NCBI GenBank assembly: GCA_021736285.1 | Contig: JAIPGE010000001.1 | Coordinates: 1 to 24,666 of the forward strand | Origin: Candidatus Izemoplasma sp. | GTDB lineage: Bacteria; Bacillota_I; Bacilli_A; Izemoplasmatales; Izemoplasmataceae | Length of the DNA: 24,666 nt | Direction: 5' to 3' | In this document: one piece after another, positions 7,592-16,369 of the stretch | Numbering within the stretch: the first letter of the stretch is position 1 | How the letters are laid out: every line of letters begins with the position of its first letter | Notes under the pieces: generated by a model | What the model was told of the DNA's origin: nothing | What the model saw: the letters and a program-made list of their open reading frames with translations, nothing else | Databases searched by the model: none | Position numbers and translations under genes: made by a program

Positions 7592-8728
7592 TTAATTCCA
7601 ACGATTATAATTGGGTTGATCGTTTTCATAATCCCAATAATAATCTAATAAATTACTCCATTGTCCCCGTTCGTTTAGAATCGCATCATCTTCCGCAATA
7701 TGCATCCATGCATTATATGTATAATCCCCATAACTTAAGTCTTCTCCTGCGCCAAATTCATATTTTACTTGAGCAAGACCTTGTCTAACGACCATATAAT
7801 TCAATAAGAAATAATCGGTTTCTCCTGGTAACTGTATCCAAATCCAACCAAGTAATCTACCATGGGTGTCTAATAGCCCATCACCAGGGTCGGTTTGGAT
7901 GGCAATCTTTTCAGCTTCTTCTAACAAGGAACAGGTATACACACTTGCTGGTTTTCCCCATTCTTCTTCACCACCGGGATAGGTTTCTTCGGTATCCATA
8001 TTCAAAAACCGAACACTTTTGGCACTACTTTGAATAGCATCATAGATATCATCTGGATAATGAAAGCGAGCAGTATCTCCATCTGTACAAGAAAGTAATG
8101 TCACTTCAAAAGCCCCACCACGGGGATTTAAGTATGACTGTTCAAATAAACTTTCATCTAATAACGGACCATTATAATCTAACTCTAATGGACTAAAATA
8201 GGTATCTGTGGTTTCACGAACATACGCGTATACTTTGATCCCCACTGCACTGATTGGATCATATAAATCTCCAGCTTGTTGTTCGCCAACATATCCAATA
8301 ACCTCGTCATCTAAAGTTTCGTCACTTGTCTCAACATATTCAAAGTAAAATGGTGCGCCTAACTCATTAAAAAGTGGGGCAATATCAGCAAAAGTCAGTC
8401 CCGTTAAGACTGGCAGTTCAATCCAATCATCTGTGTATACTGGATAAATAACAACCGTAACACTTTCTTCAGTATTCACCATATCACCGATTGAATGGTC
8501 TTGGTACATCATGAAGATTCCTTCAAGATCATCTACTTGATCTTCTGCATACACTATCTCATATGTTACATCAAGTCGTTCTAACTCTGTACGAACTTGA
8601 ATTTCTGTCTTATCATTTAAATTAGGCAATAACACCCAATCGTTACTTTGGTTATCCGGTACGTCTTCACACCCGTATAATCCAATTATTCCTAGTACGA
8701 TTAATACCACTACTATAACCTTTTTCAT
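7592..8728 (-). CDS. Lipoprotein: two PASTA-like domains plus a thermonuclease (SNase) domain
   Basis: Lipobox LYGC (C20). Residues ~31-96 and ~102-168 both follow the PASTA pattern (LPxLxG...L..LG..Y....G.......V...VY). SNase catalytic set is intact: DGDT (D216/D218), R240, DTEE (D245/E248), DTHGR (R291). Confidence 0.85.
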   Translation of the reverse strand: MKKVIVVVLIVLGIIGLYGCEDVPDNQSNDWVLLPNLNDKTEIQVRTELERLDVTYEIVYAEDQVDDLEGIFMMYQDHSIGDMVNTEESVTVVIYPVYTDDWIELPVLTGLTFADIAPLFNELGAPFYFEYVETSDETLDDEVIGYVGEQQAGDLYDPISAVGIKVYAYVRETTDTYFSPLELDYNGPLLDESLFEQSYLNPRGGAFEVTLLSCTDGDTARFHYPDDIYDAIQSSAKSVRFLNMDTEETYPGGEEEWGKPASVYTCSLLEEAEKIAIQTDPGDGLLDTHGRLLGWIWIQLPGETDYFLLNYMVVRQGLAQVKYEFGAGEDLSYGDYTYNAWMHIAEDDAILNERGQWSNLLDYYWDYENDQPNYNRWN

Positions 8729-8744
8729 ACGCTCACCTCGAGTC

Positions 8745-8762
8745 TAACGTATCATTATATCA
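8745..8762 (-). promoter_or_regulatory. Promoter of the PASTA-SNase gene
   Basis: Consensus extended -10 TG-A-TATAAT (hexamer 8754-8759), just downstream of the terminator. RBS GAGGTG. Confidence 0.7.
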
Positions 8763-8782
8763 CAAAAACAGTAAAATCAAAC

Positions 8783-8812
8783 AAAAAAACACCACTTTTG
8801 CAAGTGGTGTTT
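8783..8812 (-). terminator. Intrinsic terminator ending the ABC-nuclease-scaffold operon
   Basis: Perfect 11-bp stem aaacaccactt(8787-8797)/aagtggtgttt(8802-8812), loop ttgc, A-run 8783-8789. Confidence 0.9.
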
Positions 8813-8825
8813 AAGTGTTGAACTA

Positions 8826-11800
8826 TTATTCTGTATGACTTCCGATATAATCAAATGTATCTTGATCATATACATCCCATTCACCTGGTGTCCAAGTTGC
8901 ATTTGGTGCACCAGAATTACGAACTAATGTGTTATTCTGGGTAGATCCAGTTCCAACTGTCCAATATATATCTTCACCAACAACACCAATGACGTCAACA
9001 ACTGTACCATTATTAACTAATTCAAGTGCATCATTACCATTAAAGTAAGTAATATTTGATACGACATCACCTTCATCAGCTATTGCGGCAACTGCACTGC
9101 TATTATAGATAACGTAAACGTCACCTGCAGCAATTGTTACATCAGATAAATCTAATGTTTGACTAGGACTCGTTCCACCATTTGAATATAATAATATTTC
9201 ATATCCAGTTAGTGTCACAGGTACTGTATTTGGATTATAGAGTTCAACAGCTTTGTTACTGCTACCTCCCTCAATATATTCCGAAATATAAATTTCTGAT
9301 AAATTTACATAAGCAGGAACGGTTACAGTTGATGTTACAGTTGATGTTTGATCATCGACAGTAACAGTAGCTGTTAAGGTTACGGTTGCATCCGCTTCAC
9401 CTTCAGCAGGTTGTGTCACTGTACCATCTGTTGCGATAACTGTTTCATCACTGCTTGCCCATGTAATAACAGCATCAAAATCTTCTAATGTTGTAGGTAA
9501 ATCTAAATCGCCTGTTGTAGTTACGCCATCAAAATCTGCGTAGTGTTCAGCAACTACTACATTTTGAGCATCTAAGAACATTGGTGTAACTGCACCAATA
9601 CGAACATTGCCATAATAATCTACTTTGTTTACATTAAATTCGAAACGTAATGTAGTATTAAGTGCAAAAAGTTCAATATATGGTGCCCAATCAGATGCTT
9701 TCATGACGATATCTTTGGTTGCGCTACCTTCAAATACGATGTAACCAAATCCATCATCATACTCGATGACTTTAAGGTTCATAATGAGGCGTTCACTAGC
9801 GTAATCAGATGTGTTATTTGCTAAAGTTAATGCATTAACACTTGGTTGTACATAAACTGTATTACCAGTTGATCTGATTTCAACTAATTCCCAACTTTCT
9901 AGCTGAATTGTATCATCATAAATATCTACCGATCCACGTAATACAACTTCATCACCGATATTTGCTTGTAATACATCGCTCCAATCATATAATGATAAGG
10001 CTGTTCCATCTGGATCTTGAATTTGTGCATTGCCATCTTTATCAAAGCCAGTTACAACCCCAACCACAAATACATCAATTGGATCAGTGTCAGCAGCTAC
10101 TGCTGCTGCATAATCAGCTAATACATCAGTAACTGTATCTGGTTGTTCAACATCATTGGCATCTGCAACAGTAACATCAAATGTTCTTGTTACTGTTTCT
10201 GTACCTACTGTAACTGTGACTGTTAATGTGACAGCTGTTTCACTACCATTAACCATTGAAACGGTCCCATCAGTTGCGATGACTGCTTCATTAGTACTTG
10301 CCCACGCCATTGTAGCAGCAGGATCAGTATTGGCTGTTGGTAAGTCTAAGTTGCCAGTAACATAGTCAGGTAATTCAAGTGCGTCAGCTAATGCTTGTGC
10401 AATACCTGCATCTGGATATGTATAAGTAGACGCATCAGCAGCTACTTCTGTGATATCTGCAGCAACACCATTGAATAAGACAGAACCATCTTGATATGGA
10501 ATAACTGTCAATGTGATAACTTTACCTTCTAATGCAGCAACGTCATCTGCGTTTGAACGATAGTAAACTTTTACTTTATCGCCAGTTGCACCGTAAATTA
10601 CAGCATCATCGTAGTCACCTTCAAGAACAACTTCACCAGTAATTGTAACTGGTTGTCCTTTAAGAACTGCGCCACTGTTAATACCTTCAACAGTACCATC
10701 TATAATTGTAGGATAAGCAGCATCAGCAGTTTCATCAATATCATATTCGATAGGATTTGCTTGTAATAATCCACCATAAGCACCTAAATATCCTAAGATT
10801 GTGATTTCATCGCCAGGTGCTAAATCATCTGATGTTAAATAATCATTAGCTGTATCATCATCATCTGTAAAGCTACTACCTGCATAAACGAATAAGAATC
10901 CATCACCTGAAGTAATGTAAAATCCGTAGTGTGCTTCTTCATAAACATAACCAGTAACTTCGAAGTATGATCCAACTTCCATTGCACTTACTTCTGCAGC
11001 ATTACTGTTAATAGGAACAACAACTTCAAATGTTGCAGTAGCTGTTTCAGTACCTTTTGTTGCGGTACCAGTAAATGTGACAGTTACAGTTTCAGTTGCA
11101 CGTGCAACAAATGTACCATCATCAGCAAAAACATCAGTATTACTACTTGTCCAACCGCTATAAGTTGAACCATTATTACCTGTTGTAGGTAATGTAATTG
11201 TTGCAACTGCGACACTTGGTGCAACAGGGTTTGCATCTTGATCAGCAACAACTGCTTCAGCATCAGTTAATGGTGCATCCATAATGTCATCAGTTGTTCC
11301 ATCAAAGGCAATTAATACGCCGTTGCGACTATGCTCAGTATAGTAAATAATATCAACGGTAACTTTGACACCTACTTTATCATAAAGGGCATCTAAGCTA
11401 TCTGATAAACTACTGTAGTAGAATAATAATTTGTCGTCTCCGTCTTCGATGAATAACGAATCATATCCATCTGCATTTTGACCTTCAACTAATGTTCCTG
11501 AAACACGGTAGATCATACCATGAACAAGTGGATCAGAAGAATCTAATGCCAAGACTTCAGCGACTGTTTTTTCGATTGGTGCTAGATCATTTGTACCATC
11601 ACCAGCAGTAACGATTTCTTCTTCAATAACATCACTGATTTGGAACAATGTATTATATTTAGCATATAATCCTTTAACATATACTTCATCACCAATTGTT
11701 AAATCTAATGAACTTGATGGGTTATACACACCAAATGCATTCGTTCCATCAGTTAAGAAATATCCACCATCGAATAATCCGCTAACAGTTCCTTGGAAAC

Positions 11801-12494
11801 TGACTGTGTTTCCTAATGTTTCAGTTACGATATTAGCAACAACTGTATACGCATTTGTCGCAGCTTCTTCAGCAACAATAATGTCAAATTCTTTAGTTGT
11901 TGAAGCATCGTTTAATGTAATTGTTGCCGTTAAGGTAACTGACGCATTTCCTTCACCAGCGGCAGGTTGTGTCACTGTACCATCATCAGTCACTACTTCA
12001 GTATTTCCAGATGACCAAGTAACCGTCGTTCCATTTGCACCAGTTGCTGGTAACGTGAAACTAGATGAAACGATTCCCGTTACTGGTAAGAGTAACGCTT
12101 GTTTTGCTAACATGACTTTATCTAAATCTGTGACTTCATCAGCAGCAAGTACGGTAACCTCAAATGTTTGTGTTAAGGTTTGATCCATTAACGATACATA
12201 TGCGGTTAATGTTACATCTTTGTCACCTTCATAATTCATTGGACGTGTGACAGTTCCATCATTCGCGATTACGTCTGTATCGCTTGATTCCCATGTGATT
12301 TCAACCTCATTTACTTCTGTGGTTGGTAGCACTAAATCTTCGCTTGTCGTACTCGGAATAGCAAGTGCATCAACAGCTTCGTTGATCATCTCCAATACTT
12401 CTTGTGTGGTTGGTCCATCATCGGTTGGATTACATCCTGCCAATGTGACTGCACCAAGTACAACTAACACAAATGTTAATAATTTTTTAAGCAT
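8826..12494 (-). CDS. Large surface lipoprotein, Ig-Ig-[OB-OB-Ig]x3-lamin-tail domain (LTD); putative non-catalytic nucleic-acid capture protein
   Basis: Lipobox LAGC (C21). Five Ig-like repeats (LxLP...W.SS...V...DGTV...VTLT) at ~43-117, 134-208, 430-493, 705-778, 990-1061. Six OB-like units (V.G.V....G.f..DG....vY....GDEV...G) occur in pairs. C-terminal LTD (IYISEYIEGGSSNKAVELYN...FNGNDALEL...NTLVR...QDTF) at ~1066-1220. Confidence 0.8.
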   Translation of the reverse strand: MLKKLLTFVLVVLGAVTLAGCNPTDDGPTTQEVLEMINEAVDALAIPSTTSEDLVLPTTEVNEVEITWESSDTDVIANDGTVTRPMNYEGDKDVTLTAYVSLMDQTLTQTFEVTVLAADEVTDLDKVMLAKQALLLPVTGIVSSSFTLPATGANGTTVTWSSGNTEVVTDDGTVTQPAAGEGNASVTLTATITLNDASTTKEFDIIVAEEAATNAYTVVANIVTETLGNTVSFQGTVSGLFDGGYFLTDGTNAFGVYNPSSSLDLTIGDEVYVKGLYAKYNTLFQISDVIEEEIVTAGDGTNDLAPIEKTVAEVLALDSSDPLVHGMIYRVSGTLVEGQNADGYDSLFIEDGDDKLLFYYSSLSDSLDALYDKVGVKVTVDIIYYTEHSRNGVLIAFDGTTDDIMDAPLTDAEAVVADQDANPVAPSVAVATITLPTTGNNGSTYSGWTSSNTDVFADDGTFVARATETVTVTFTGTATKGTETATATFEVVVPINSNAAEVSAMEVGSYFEVTGYVYEEAHYGFYITSGDGFLFVYAGSSFTDDDDTANDYLTSDDLAPGDEITILGYLGAYGGLLQANPIEYDIDETADAAYPTIIDGTVEGINSGAVLKGQPVTITGEVVLEGDYDDAVIYGATGDKVKVYYRSNADDVAALEGKVITLTVIPYQDGSVLFNGVAADITEVAADASTYTYPDAGIAQALADALELPDYVTGNLDLPTANTDPAATMAWASTNEAVIATDGTVSMVNGSETAVTLTVTVTVGTETVTRTFDVTVADANDVEQPDTVTDVLADYAAAVAADTDPIDVFVVGVVTGFDKDGNAQIQDPDGTALSLYDWSDVLQANIGDEVVLRGSVDIYDDTIQLESWELVEIRSTGNTVYVQPSVNALTLANNTSDYASERLIMNLKVIEYDDGFGYIVFEGSATKDIVMKASDWAPYIELFALNTTLRFEFNVNKVDYYGNVRIGAVTPMFLDAQNVVVAEHYADFDGVTTTGDLDLPTTLEDFDAVITWASSDETVIATDGTVTQPAEGEADATVTLTATVTVDDQTSTVTSTVTVPAYVNLSEIYISEYIEGGSSNKAVELYNPNTVPVTLTGYEILLYSNGGTSPSQTLDLSDVTIAAGDVYVIYNSSAVAAIADEGDVVSNITYFNGNDALELVNNGTVVDVIGVVGEDIYWTVGTGSTQNNTLVRNSGAPNATWTPGEWDVYDQDTFDYIGSHTE

Positions 12495-12513
12495 TCGTTG
12501 TTTCCTCCTTTTT

Positions 12514-13968
12514 TTAATTAAATTGTATGTCGTTTACATTTGTTAACATAATTTGGTACTCACTCATATAACGGCTTAGTGGTCCAGTAACATCAATCAC
12601 ATCTCCAACCGTAAATAAATCCATTGTAAGGGTGGTTGGTGCAGCTTCAGATACCCGAATGTCTACGCTATTGCCACTACTGTCTTCTGCAGTAATAGTA
12701 AACGCACCATCATTGCCTTCATATAAGCTTGTTATCGTAAGATCTTCGACTTTCAACAAACTCCCGATGTGATTCATGGTAATATCAGGAATTGTTACTA
12801 CATTGGGAGAGACCGTATTGTCACGGCTTAAAACTTGTGAATATGGCTCTCTTGTTTGATAGTTAGATACTTGTACAGCACCAGTTGCTTCATCTGGATA
12901 ATAAGTCACGGTTAGTCCTGATAATAGGACTTCGTTTCCGACAGATAAATCTGGTGCCCATGCGCGATTATAGAGGTACACGCCATAATCCCCTTGTTGG
13001 ATGAATGCTGCCCCACCTAATGTTCGCGAGACAATTCCTTGAATGGCGACTTTTGTACCGTAATACGTTTCCGCATTTGTCACCAATTCTTCAATGGTTA
13101 TTTGAACACCCTCTAAACTATAGTCATAATCAGGGTCGGTTTCACCCCAAACACGTCTGCCACTATATTGAACTTCCAAATTCACATCAAAGATCAATTG
13201 GCCATATAAGGTATCCATACTACCGCTTGCTTTTGAGTAAGCTAACTCTACCAATTCTAAATTAAGTAATCTACCATCATACCATACCCAAGCCAAATAC
13301 CGGGTATCATAACTATCCAACCGTCCTGCGGCTGGATCAGCTTGTAAGACGATCGTTTGCGCATTGGTGAGTTTGTCACAGGTAAAATCACTGGCTGCTT
13401 TTCCCCATGGTTCAAATTTGGCAGTTGATTCAGGGGTATTAATCCCTAAGAACCGGACTGAGAAATTTGTGCCATTTTCAGAGAAGAATGCGGTATCACC
13501 ATCAACACATCTCACCAACTCAACTTCACCAACACCATCAGGTAAAAAATCATATTGTTCGTAGGCAAAATCTAATGCGAGTGTGTCTGTTTCATCCGTA
13601 TTTAGTTCAATATGCTCAGGAACTTCCTCAGCAACAACTGTAAATTCATACGCTTTGGTAATCACTGTGTCCCCTTTTGTAAGGGTTAAGATTAAGGTAA
13701 CTCTCTGATTCCCATTTACATAACTAGGTATTGTAACATTCCCATCTTCATCAAGATAGTTGGGTTTATCTGAATACCACGATGCACTGACACCTTCCTC
13801 ATCAATTGTAGGTAACGTTAGATCTTCAGTTAATTCTGTTTGTTCAAATGTAATTGAAGACCGAATATCATACAATACCTCACTGTCAGATTTAGGTGTA
13901 TTACCACAGGCTGTAAGCGTAATAATCAGTATTATGAGTAAACTTCCCAAAGCAAATTTTTTAAACAT
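12514..13968 (-). CDS. Lipoprotein nuclease: Ig-like + thermonuclease (SNase) + two OB-fold domains
   Basis: Lipobox LTAC (C21). Ig repeat at ~39-114. SNase at ~148-276 with DGDT, VRFLGINTPE, EPWGKAAS, DSYDTRYLAWV, LNLELVE. OB-like units at ~305-370 and ~402-480. Confidence 0.88.
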   Translation of the reverse strand: MFKKFALGSLLIILIITLTACGNTPKSDSEVLYDIRSSITFEQTELTEDLTLPTIDEEGVSASWYSDKPNYLDEDGNVTIPSYVNGNQRVTLILTLTKGDTVITKAYEFTVVAEEVPEHIELNTDETDTLALDFAYEQYDFLPDGVGEVELVRCVDGDTAFFSENGTNFSVRFLGINTPESTAKFEPWGKAASDFTCDKLTNAQTIVLQADPAAGRLDSYDTRYLAWVWYDGRLLNLELVELAYSKASGSMDTLYGQLIFDVNLEVQYSGRRVWGETDPDYDYSLEGVQITIEELVTNAETYYGTKVAIQGIVSRTLGGAAFIQQGDYGVYLYNRAWAPDLSVGNEVLLSGLTVTYYPDEATGAVQVSNYQTREPYSQVLSRDNTVSPNVVTIPDITMNHIGSLLKVEDLTITSLYEGNDGAFTITAEDSSGNSVDIRVSEAAPTTLTMDLFTVGDVIDVTGPLSRYMSEYQIMLTNVNDIQFN

Positions 13969-13990
13969 AAAATCTCACACTTTCTTTAAT

Positions 13991-15433
13991 TTAAGCTCCT
14001 AATTGACGAACCATGTCATCAATTACTTCTTGTGCACTATAGCCTCCGAACAGTGCTTCCATCGCAACACCTGCTTGGAAACGCGCATCACTTGATGTAA
14101 CAGCCCCAGCAAATGCTGGATCATATTCGAAGTATTCGTATTGTGCGTATGCAGCTTGAGCTGCTAATGAAGAATAATATAAACTATCTGTTGGACTATC
14201 AATTTCTAAGAATGCTTGATAATCTGCAGATTGAACACCGCTATGACGAACAGGTAAATATCCTGTTTCCATTGCCCATGCGGCTGTATTTTCAGCTTTT
14301 GTTAAATATGTAATTAACAACCATGATGCCAAACGTTCAGCATCTGTTGTATTACTCATTATCGCAACATTCGGTCCTTGTTGAACAGCTGATTTAGAAT
14401 CTAAATCATATTGAGGCACAGGGACAACGCCAACTTCAAATTCTCCACCTGGAGGAATATTGTAGTTAATCCCTGCAGTTGAACCAACACTCATACAAAC
14501 GTCTCCCGCGATAAAGTTATTTGAACCATAACTTTCATTCCATGCAAGTGGTAAACTGAATGTATTGTCTGCAAAACGTGTTTTGACATAATTTAACATA
14601 TCAATGGTGTTTTGATTATCAACTAAGATATCACCATCTGAGTTGGTATATCCACCACTCCATTGTCGTACACTATTAATGAAAAAGTTACTCGATGAAT
14701 CGAAGTTAATTAAATATTGACAACTATCTGCATCGTTTGAACCAACTGTGTAATTTGGATCAACCATGGTATCAGCCCATATGTCTAAGTCAGCCCACGT
14801 GATAACGCGATCAGTTGGAACAGTAATTCCTGCTGCATCGAACTTATCCTTATTATAAACCATCATTTCAGTAGATTTAGAATATGGGAATGAATACATA
14901 TATCCCCCTGCATATTGTTTGTTTTCTGCAAGATAAGATTCGATGAAATCATCTAGGTCAACACCATAATTTTCATCATAGATAAAATCATCTAGTGGAA
15001 TAACAGCATTTCCTTTGAGATACCCAGCAACATGATCTGGATATCCAACAACCATTGTTGGTGTGTTTCCTGCTGTAATGGCATTTAATGTGTTGTTACG
15101 GATTGTTGTATAATCTCCTTGAGAAACAGCTTCAACGGTTACATTTGGATAATCTGCTTCAAATTCATCAATAAACTCTTGAAGCAACGCCCCTTTACTT
15201 TCCCCATAAACGTGCCAGAATGTGATTGTAACTGGCTCGTTTGGTAAAGCATCAAGTACATTAATGATGCCTGGTGCACCATCAATGGCACCACCACCAT
15301 TATTATCCAAACAACTAACGTGATTTGGATATTCGTCACAATCTACTTCATAAGGATCTTCTTCAAACTGTACACATCCGGTTAAACCTAAGGCAAAGAC
15401 ACCCATGAGTAGTAACGCTAATACTTTTTTCAT
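13991..15433 (-). CDS. ABC transporter solute-binding lipoprotein (CUT1/family 1, UgpB-like)
   Basis: Lipobox LTGC (C20). VTITFWH, PNVTVEAVSQG, FPYSKSTEMMVYNKD, QGPNVAI, WAMETGYLPVR are family-1 SBP patterns. RBS AGGAGG. Confidence 0.9.
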   Translation of the reverse strand: MKKVLALLLMGVFALGLTGCVQFEEDPYEVDCDEYPNHVSCLDNNGGGAIDGAPGIINVLDALPNEPVTITFWHVYGESKGALLQEFIDEFEADYPNVTVEAVSQGDYTTIRNNTLNAITAGNTPTMVVGYPDHVAGYLKGNAVIPLDDFIYDENYGVDLDDFIESYLAENKQYAGGYMYSFPYSKSTEMMVYNKDKFDAAGITVPTDRVITWADLDIWADTMVDPNYTVGSNDADSCQYLINFDSSSNFFINSVRQWSGGYTNSDGDILVDNQNTIDMLNYVKTRFADNTFSLPLAWNESYGSNNFIAGDVCMSVGSTAGINYNIPPGGEFEVGVVPVPQYDLDSKSAVQQGPNVAIMSNTTDAERLASWLLITYLTKAENTAAWAMETGYLPVRHSGVQSADYQAFLEIDSPTDSLYYSSLAAQAAYAQYEYFEYDPAFAGAVTSSDARFQAGVAMEALFGGYSAQEVIDDMVRQLGA

Positions 15434-15472
15434 TATTCTCCTCCTATTAATATAGTTTTTCTTTTATATGTT

Positions 15473-16357
15473 TTAACCCTTGATTCCACTACGTGATACT
15501 CCGCGCATAATGTATTTTTTAAGAAACATAAATACAATTAGTAACGGTAACGTAACAATTAATGCTGCAGCCATCTGCTGACTGTAGTTTACCATACCAA
15601 AGAAATCTTGATATGCTTCACGAAGACCATTGGTCACAAGTGGATATTCTGTCGCAACCAATTTAGGCCAGATATAAGCACTCCAAGTTCCCATTGCATT
15701 TAAGATAACGATTGTAATGATTGTTGGTGAGGCAATTGGAACCATAATTTTCCACAAATATTTCCAGTCGCTTGTTCCATCGACTTTCGCCGCGAGATAT
15801 AACTCATCAGGAATTTGTTTGAATGCTTGGCGTAAGAAGAACAAGTAAAATACACTTGTCATAAACGGCATTGTTAACGCTAAAAATGCTTCTGTTTGGG
15901 TTTGCCCTAAGGGGCTATACCATCCTAAGTTAGATACTGTAATGTAGTTTGTGATAACAAACATTTCACCAGGAATCATCATTGTTGAGATTAGCGCAAG
16001 GAATAGAAAATCTCTTCCTTTAAAGTTCAATCTTGCAAATGCGAATGCGGCAAAGATTGTGGTAAAGATTGTTCCCGTTGTTGAAATCGCGGCAACAGCT
16101 ACTGTTCTTAACATATATTGATAGTATGGTGCTGCATTCCAAGCAGATGCATAGTTCTCTAAGAAACGGATATCTTTTAACCCAATAATTAAACTTGGTG
16201 GCACTTCAGTCCGTACTTGTTGAAAACTTTTTAGTGATGTTAAGACCATCCAGTAAAATGGAATTAACACGAAGATAGCAAATCCAACTAAAAAGGTGTA
16301 GACCAACACTTTGAAAAGAATGGTACGAATACGTGTTTCTCTTATTGTATTTTGCAT
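15473..16357 (-). CDS. CUT1 ABC permease (UgpE/MalG-like)
   Basis: PFYWMVLTSLK, AAFAFARLNFKG, EAA loop FKQIPDELYLAAKVDGTS, MAAALIVTLP. Confidence 0.92.
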   Translation of the reverse strand: MQNTIRETRIRTILFKVLVYTFLVGFAIFVLIPFYWMVLTSLKSFQQVRTEVPPSLIIGLKDIRFLENYASAWNAAPYYQYMLRTVAVAAISTTGTIFTTIFAAFAFARLNFKGRDFLFLALISTMMIPGEMFVITNYITVSNLGWYSPLGQTQTEAFLALTMPFMTSVFYLFFLRQAFKQIPDELYLAAKVDGTSDWKYLWKIMVPIASPTIITIVILNAMGTWSAYIWPKLVATEYPLVTNGLREAYQDFFGMVNYSQQMAAALIVTLPLLIVFMFLKKYIMRGVSRSGIKG

Positions 16358-16369
16358 GTCATAACCCTC

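Noticed and set aside
9300-12370. Ig repeats considered as DNA repeats or a CRISPR-like array
   Set aside because: Similarity is at protein level with only short nucleotide matches (e.g. gtgtcactgtaccatc near 9413 and 11969). There is no repeat-spacer structure and no cas genes.
9182-12546. Plus-strand ORFs opposite the large lipoprotein (e.g. 11806-12183, 12247-12546, V/T/S-rich)
   Set aside because: Expected mirror of Thr/Val/Asp-rich codons (ACT/GTT/GAT), which give stop-poor antisense frames.
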